From the NCBI GenBank assembly GCA_003693705.1, contig RBZT01000234.1, positions 20,282-84,281 of the forward strand: a DNA stretch of 64,000 bases, given 5' to 3'. Source of the stretch: Polymyxa betae A26-41. Lineage: Eukaryota > Protista > Endomyxa: Phytomyxea. Both the position numbers and the translations under genes were made by a program. This document shows, in pieces, positions 59,750 through 64,000 of the stretch (position 1 is its first letter; every line of letters begins with the position of its first letter). The notes below the pieces were generated by a model. The model did no database searches. It was given only the letters and a program-made list of their open reading frames with translations, and was not told the DNA's origin.

Positions 59750-62519
59750 ATGTCATTGTTAGCGACCCCACCGACATCCAGAAAGAGGACACGTCGGACG
59801 TCCAGCGGCGCCTTTCTTTCCAGAAATGATTTTCGCGTGTTGGAATTGGTAGCGCCATGCCCGGCTATTGCCCGCCAGACTGTCAAAGAGGCGTTGCTGT
59901 CAAATACAACGTTCTCGTCTGCCATCGAGCCATCTGGATTCGCTATCATCATCACACCCAATCGTTTATTGGTATGGAATGCACTGCGTCCAGAACAGGC
60001 GCCCATTGCACTTGCTTTCGACCATCACGAAGTCGATTCTGAATCGTCGGGTCGTGTTGCTCTTGTCTACACCAACCCAGACCAGAAGGTTCTCCAATCT
60101 GTTTTATATGCTCAACGAACTGGCCTGTTTCTCAACATCAACATTAGTGGAAAACAACAGCGAACTCATCTGCCTTTAACTCGTTATGAGTTTGTCACCG
60201 CGTGCAGTCTCGTTTCACCACTTCTATGCATTGTGGCGACATCGTCTCATCGTCTATTGAAGATTCGACTCGACACAGAACGACTTCAAGCTGAGCTTGT
60301 TCATGTCGAACGAAGCGGCGCCAGCTTATTGGGTCTGGTGGGTGCTCCACCTTCAACGTTGCCTTATCGTAAATTAATCAGCCACGCCCCAACAAAAATG
60401 TTCGGTTTTACCGAAACTGCAATAGAAGAATTAGTTGCCAGTGAATCCGGTTCCTGGAAGTTATCGTGGTGTTCATCGTGCGTCTTAGAAGACACTCTTG
60501 GAGCCGTTTCTGGTGCATCAAAAGCATCAATTGTGGATGTGGCGGTCGCCCAAAATCGTATTGTCATTTTGACATCGGCTCCCGTTGGCCCGTTAGATCA
60601 GTTGCAGTATTGCATTGCACTGTATGAGCACCGTCAGCAGCAATCAGATATCGTTCCAGGTGAGCATGGCTTCGTCTTCTGCTGTCTGCTTGCTAATCCG
60701 TACAGTTTATCGTGCACAGTTGCTGGACTCCTTAGAGGCTGAACCAAACGAATCACTTAGGATTGAATTAAGTGATCAAGATACCGCCCTTGTTTTCGTC
60801 TATGGTAGACGTTCGTTATCAATTTTTGATCTCTCAAGCGGCATCCACGATTGTGTTCGCTTTGACGAGCCAATGTTGTTGGGCGGTGGACGAGGTATGA
60901 TAAACCTTTCGGTTATTCGAGAGCTGAGTGTTTGCGGTTAGCTCGTGACCATCGAGGCTGCTTCTTTGTCTCTGCTGCGAATGGAATTATTTGTGCTCGT
61001 TTGGCTCGGGGACCAACTACTGTTTCGCTCGCGTATGCTGATGAGAAAGGGCCTATTCAAGGTACTGGCTTGTCTGGCGCCTTCAGCGCCTTCCAACAAG
61101 CCCGAATCGCAAACTGCAGGAATCTCGTTGCTTCTCTGGCGAAAGCTGATATCAATGAAGAGACGTTGAAAATCAGCAGTGAAATTCTCGATTCTGATAA
61201 TGTCACTTTGCAAGAAAAACAGTCTCATCATGCGTCATTCACTGAATTTCTGATGTCAATGCCGACAACTACTGAAGCGCTTTGGAATCGAATAAATCCC
61301 GGTACACGGAAAGATGTTCGTTTGCATGGCGACTACATCGAAATGGCGCTATCTTTCGAGCAAATCCTTTCCTCTCCAGCGATTAGCTTCCATGAGGTTT
61401 CCCCTGCAGCAAGTCATGAACTGGATCTTGCTCGAGAAGCTCTGCTCCCTGTCTCAAAAAGGAAAGAATTTTTCGCTAAATTGTCGAAATTTACGTTGAT
61501 GTTCCGAAATGTGATTGCCTCACTCGACAATGTCGAATCACGGAGGCGTCTGTTAATGTTGGTCGTTCTCTCACGAGCTGTTCGTGTCATTTTTAATTTT
61601 GCATCTGAGGACATTCACCCGGATTCGTGGCTTTTCCAGCCAGAAACCAGGGAATGTCTACGGCGACTACTTCAGCATTTACGTGATGCTGTTGTTGATA
61701 AGAATATAGCAACGGACTGCTTACAGGTAATTTAGCTTTTCTGCTTTCAGAACGTTGATTGTCTTCATTTATGCATCGTCACCTTACTCACACGTTGCAA
61801 TTTAGAAAGGTTTCGCTTATACGAATTACTATTATATCTCGTGTGTGCTCTTGAGCGGCTATTTGTCCCAATTCTTCGCGCTCGAATCCGTCCCTGGTTG
61901 CTCGACATTACGCTCTTCACTCGACGTTGAGTATTCCAATGATCGAACCCGATTAGGCCGGGATATGATCGAACTCGCTCTCGATACCGAAACTAATATT
62001 CGTCAACGTTTTGCGCTAGCTTTTGAATTCGGCGAGCGATTCACAGATTGTTCTGTACTGGCAGAGCTTTGCGAAAAATGCCGATGGCCTGAGCGCTCAG
62101 ATGCTTATGCTCGAGAACTTGGCGATGCTTACGCTCTAGCCTGTTGTAATATCTGGTACAATACCAAGCAATATGGGCAGCTGCTAGCACATATCGGTCA
62201 GCCATGGCTCGCTCATTTCGTCGAGGATAAGCCTCGTTTGTCCTGGATTGTCGACATGGACCAAGGCAACTTCTCACTGACATGGACGAAGCTTTCTGAT
62301 CTTTCCAAGGATGAGTCGATAGAGCTGCAATTAAGAGCTTTCTTTTGTGCTATGGCTAAGCTAGCGCTGTTGCGGGTTTCAGAATGCACACCGGTAAGAT
62401 GTTTTCATGCTATGCATGCAGCTGCTGATTTCTTCCAGGCGAAGCTTAGCGAGTTAAACGCAGAGTTAAATGCCATTAAAGCTCTGCGTACTGAGCGCAG
62501 CAAATCGTTATTAACTTGA
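59750..62519 (+). CDS. NUP133: Nucleoporin Nup133-like
   Basis: N-terminal beta-propeller (SGFAIIITPNRLLVW) and a helical C-terminus (AFEFGERFTDCSVLAELC; YGQLL; PRLSWI; AMAKLA). Confidence 0.72.
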
Positions 62520-62589
62520 TTGTTAAAACAATGTCATATTTCTTGTGTTTGCGCCCATTTTGCTGGTCTGGAAGTGGAGTACCTATTTG

Positions 62590-64000
62590 CAGGCCTTATA
62601 AATAAAAATAGTCAGTCTATAAATAGATGACTATTTTCACTATTTTCACTTGGAAAAATAACTATTTTTACGGAAATTTTTGAAAGAAAGGTTTTTTTCA
62701 TTTTATGATGAGTTGCGGACTGCGTGGCTGCCCTTTCCATGCAGTCTCTCCCTAGAATTCGACATTTCTTGTTCATCACTTCCTCTATCGCTTTCAGCGT
62801 CTGTTATCATATCCGCTGCGCCACCATCAAAGAAGCAGAAGAGTTTAGGCTCTGTTACGACACCGTTCCTTGTCATAAGTCATAACCAACTATAGCCTGC
62901 CTTAGATATTTATCAGGTGTTACACAGTAAGTCTGTAACGGTTAGCTTTTTCAATAAAGCCAGTTGTTCAACGCCGTTTTGAACCGAATTTTATTAGTTT
63001 CTTAAAATCGTAGTTTACTCACCGCTCTCCTCAAGTCCCTTAGTCCAGCCCGTCTCCTCCTCGTCCTGCGAATTCTCCCTCTGATCCAGTCCCCGCTCTC
63101 TACTCCTTCCCATTCCAACATTCAAAGGGTTCTCGGGTTATTACATTCCTGTCTAAGCATGAGCTAATGTACGGTATTAAGCCCTGCGGCTATGGTCCTG
63201 CAGGTGTTGTTCTGGGGGCGCGATGCCGTTTTTGTGTCGTTTTCGGTCGAGAGAAGAAGGGAGTCGCAGTCTTGCTGGATTTTCAAGTCGCAGTTTCGTC
63301 CTTAGAATTATTGGAGTCACCTCGTTTCTCAGGAACGTAAGTTTCAACATAATTGCGACAAATACAGAAGCAACAAACAAGGCGACGACCATGGCAAAGG
63401 GCGAGAAAGAGAGGAAACGTAAAGCAGCTGAAGAAGCAGCAGACCAATCAGCTGATCCAATCAATAGCGAAAGACGGAAAATTCTTCAAAAGCAGCGCGA
63501 AGAATCAAAGCAGCTACAAACCAAGCAAACGACGAACTTAAGAACTCAAGTGAAGACGATGATGTAGAAGACTCAACTAATCAAACATCTACAGAAAATC
63601 ACTCAAACCCTGGCCCAAAAGGTTCTCAACCAAGTACCACTCCAATTAGCCGTCTATACGCGAAAAAAACGAATACTCCCACGTCGAGTTCCTCTAACAG
63701 CACATCATCAAAAACCAAATCTATGGTAAGTCATGTAATGCTAAGTCTATAAGTGTGAGGACTGGGACAGGGCGAGGAAGAATAAGTGAAGGCTACGAAG
63801 AAGCAGGCGAACAAGAGTTATAAGAATCGAATAGATTCGAGAATGATTGTATTTCGATAAACAGAGAAAGCAAAGGTTCGAAGTTGTGAGTCACGATACT
63901 TGAGTCAACAGGAACTTGGAATTGATGGTAGATGACTCATGAGGTAGCTCGGAAGCTGAACGGAAGTAGTGAATCATGACATTACCCCCCTTCTAGACGA
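62590..64000 (+). mobile_element. Probable degenerate transposable element (type uncertain)
   Basis: Gene density drops abruptly. CAGG at 62590 is followed by an inverted repeat (62605-62637) and repeated CTATTTT units, then a frameshifted charged/low-complexity ORF from ATG 63391. No transposase core is visible. Confidence 0.3.

Noticed and set aside
62853-62940. TGTTACG...TGTTACA and TGTAACG LTR-like termini
   Set aside because: Too short, with no PBS, PPT, TSD or gag-pol visible.
1-64000. CRISPR arrays, rRNA, tRNA, operons or stop-codon recoding
   Set aside because: None seen. The ORF breaks I examined are explained by canonical spliceosomal introns.

Overview
This is eukaryotic nuclear DNA, not prokaryotic. 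It is very gene-dense (about 25 genes in 64 kb), with many short GT-AG introns (mostly 45-100 nt), so the ORF track mainly shows exon fragments. Moderate GC, tiny introns, flagellar genes and TTTAGGG-type repeats suggest a zoosporic protist. A phytomyxid such as Spongospora is my best guess (inference only). Genes in order: F-box protein, coiled-coil protein, PIN nuclease, small Cys-rich secreted protein, PP2A scaffold A, SLX4, CAMK-like kinase, Zim17, two orphans, DRC9/IQCG, a giant Sfi1-repeat + GAS2(GAR) protein, HPP transporter, soluble transhydrogenase, coiled-coil orphan, NAA60-like acetyltransferase, tyrosinase, DENN + F-BAR-like protein, Yippee, nitrobindin, CTP-dependent lipid kinase-like protein, CLU1, cullin, Kelch-BTB-BTB, soluble adenylyl cyclase, Nup133, and a probable transposon relic. 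The most notable observations are three. (1) A bacterial-type soluble transhydrogenase (SthA) with five introns and a mitochondrial-like presequence lies head-to-head with an HPP transporter. (2) A ~9.7 kb Sfi1-GAR gene has three introns built largely from telomeric repeats, and in one the repeat provides the apparent branch point. (3) The same gene is saturated with a GTAAC/GTTAC DNA motif. Gene models were spliced by eye, family calls rest on recalled motifs, and no database search was run.
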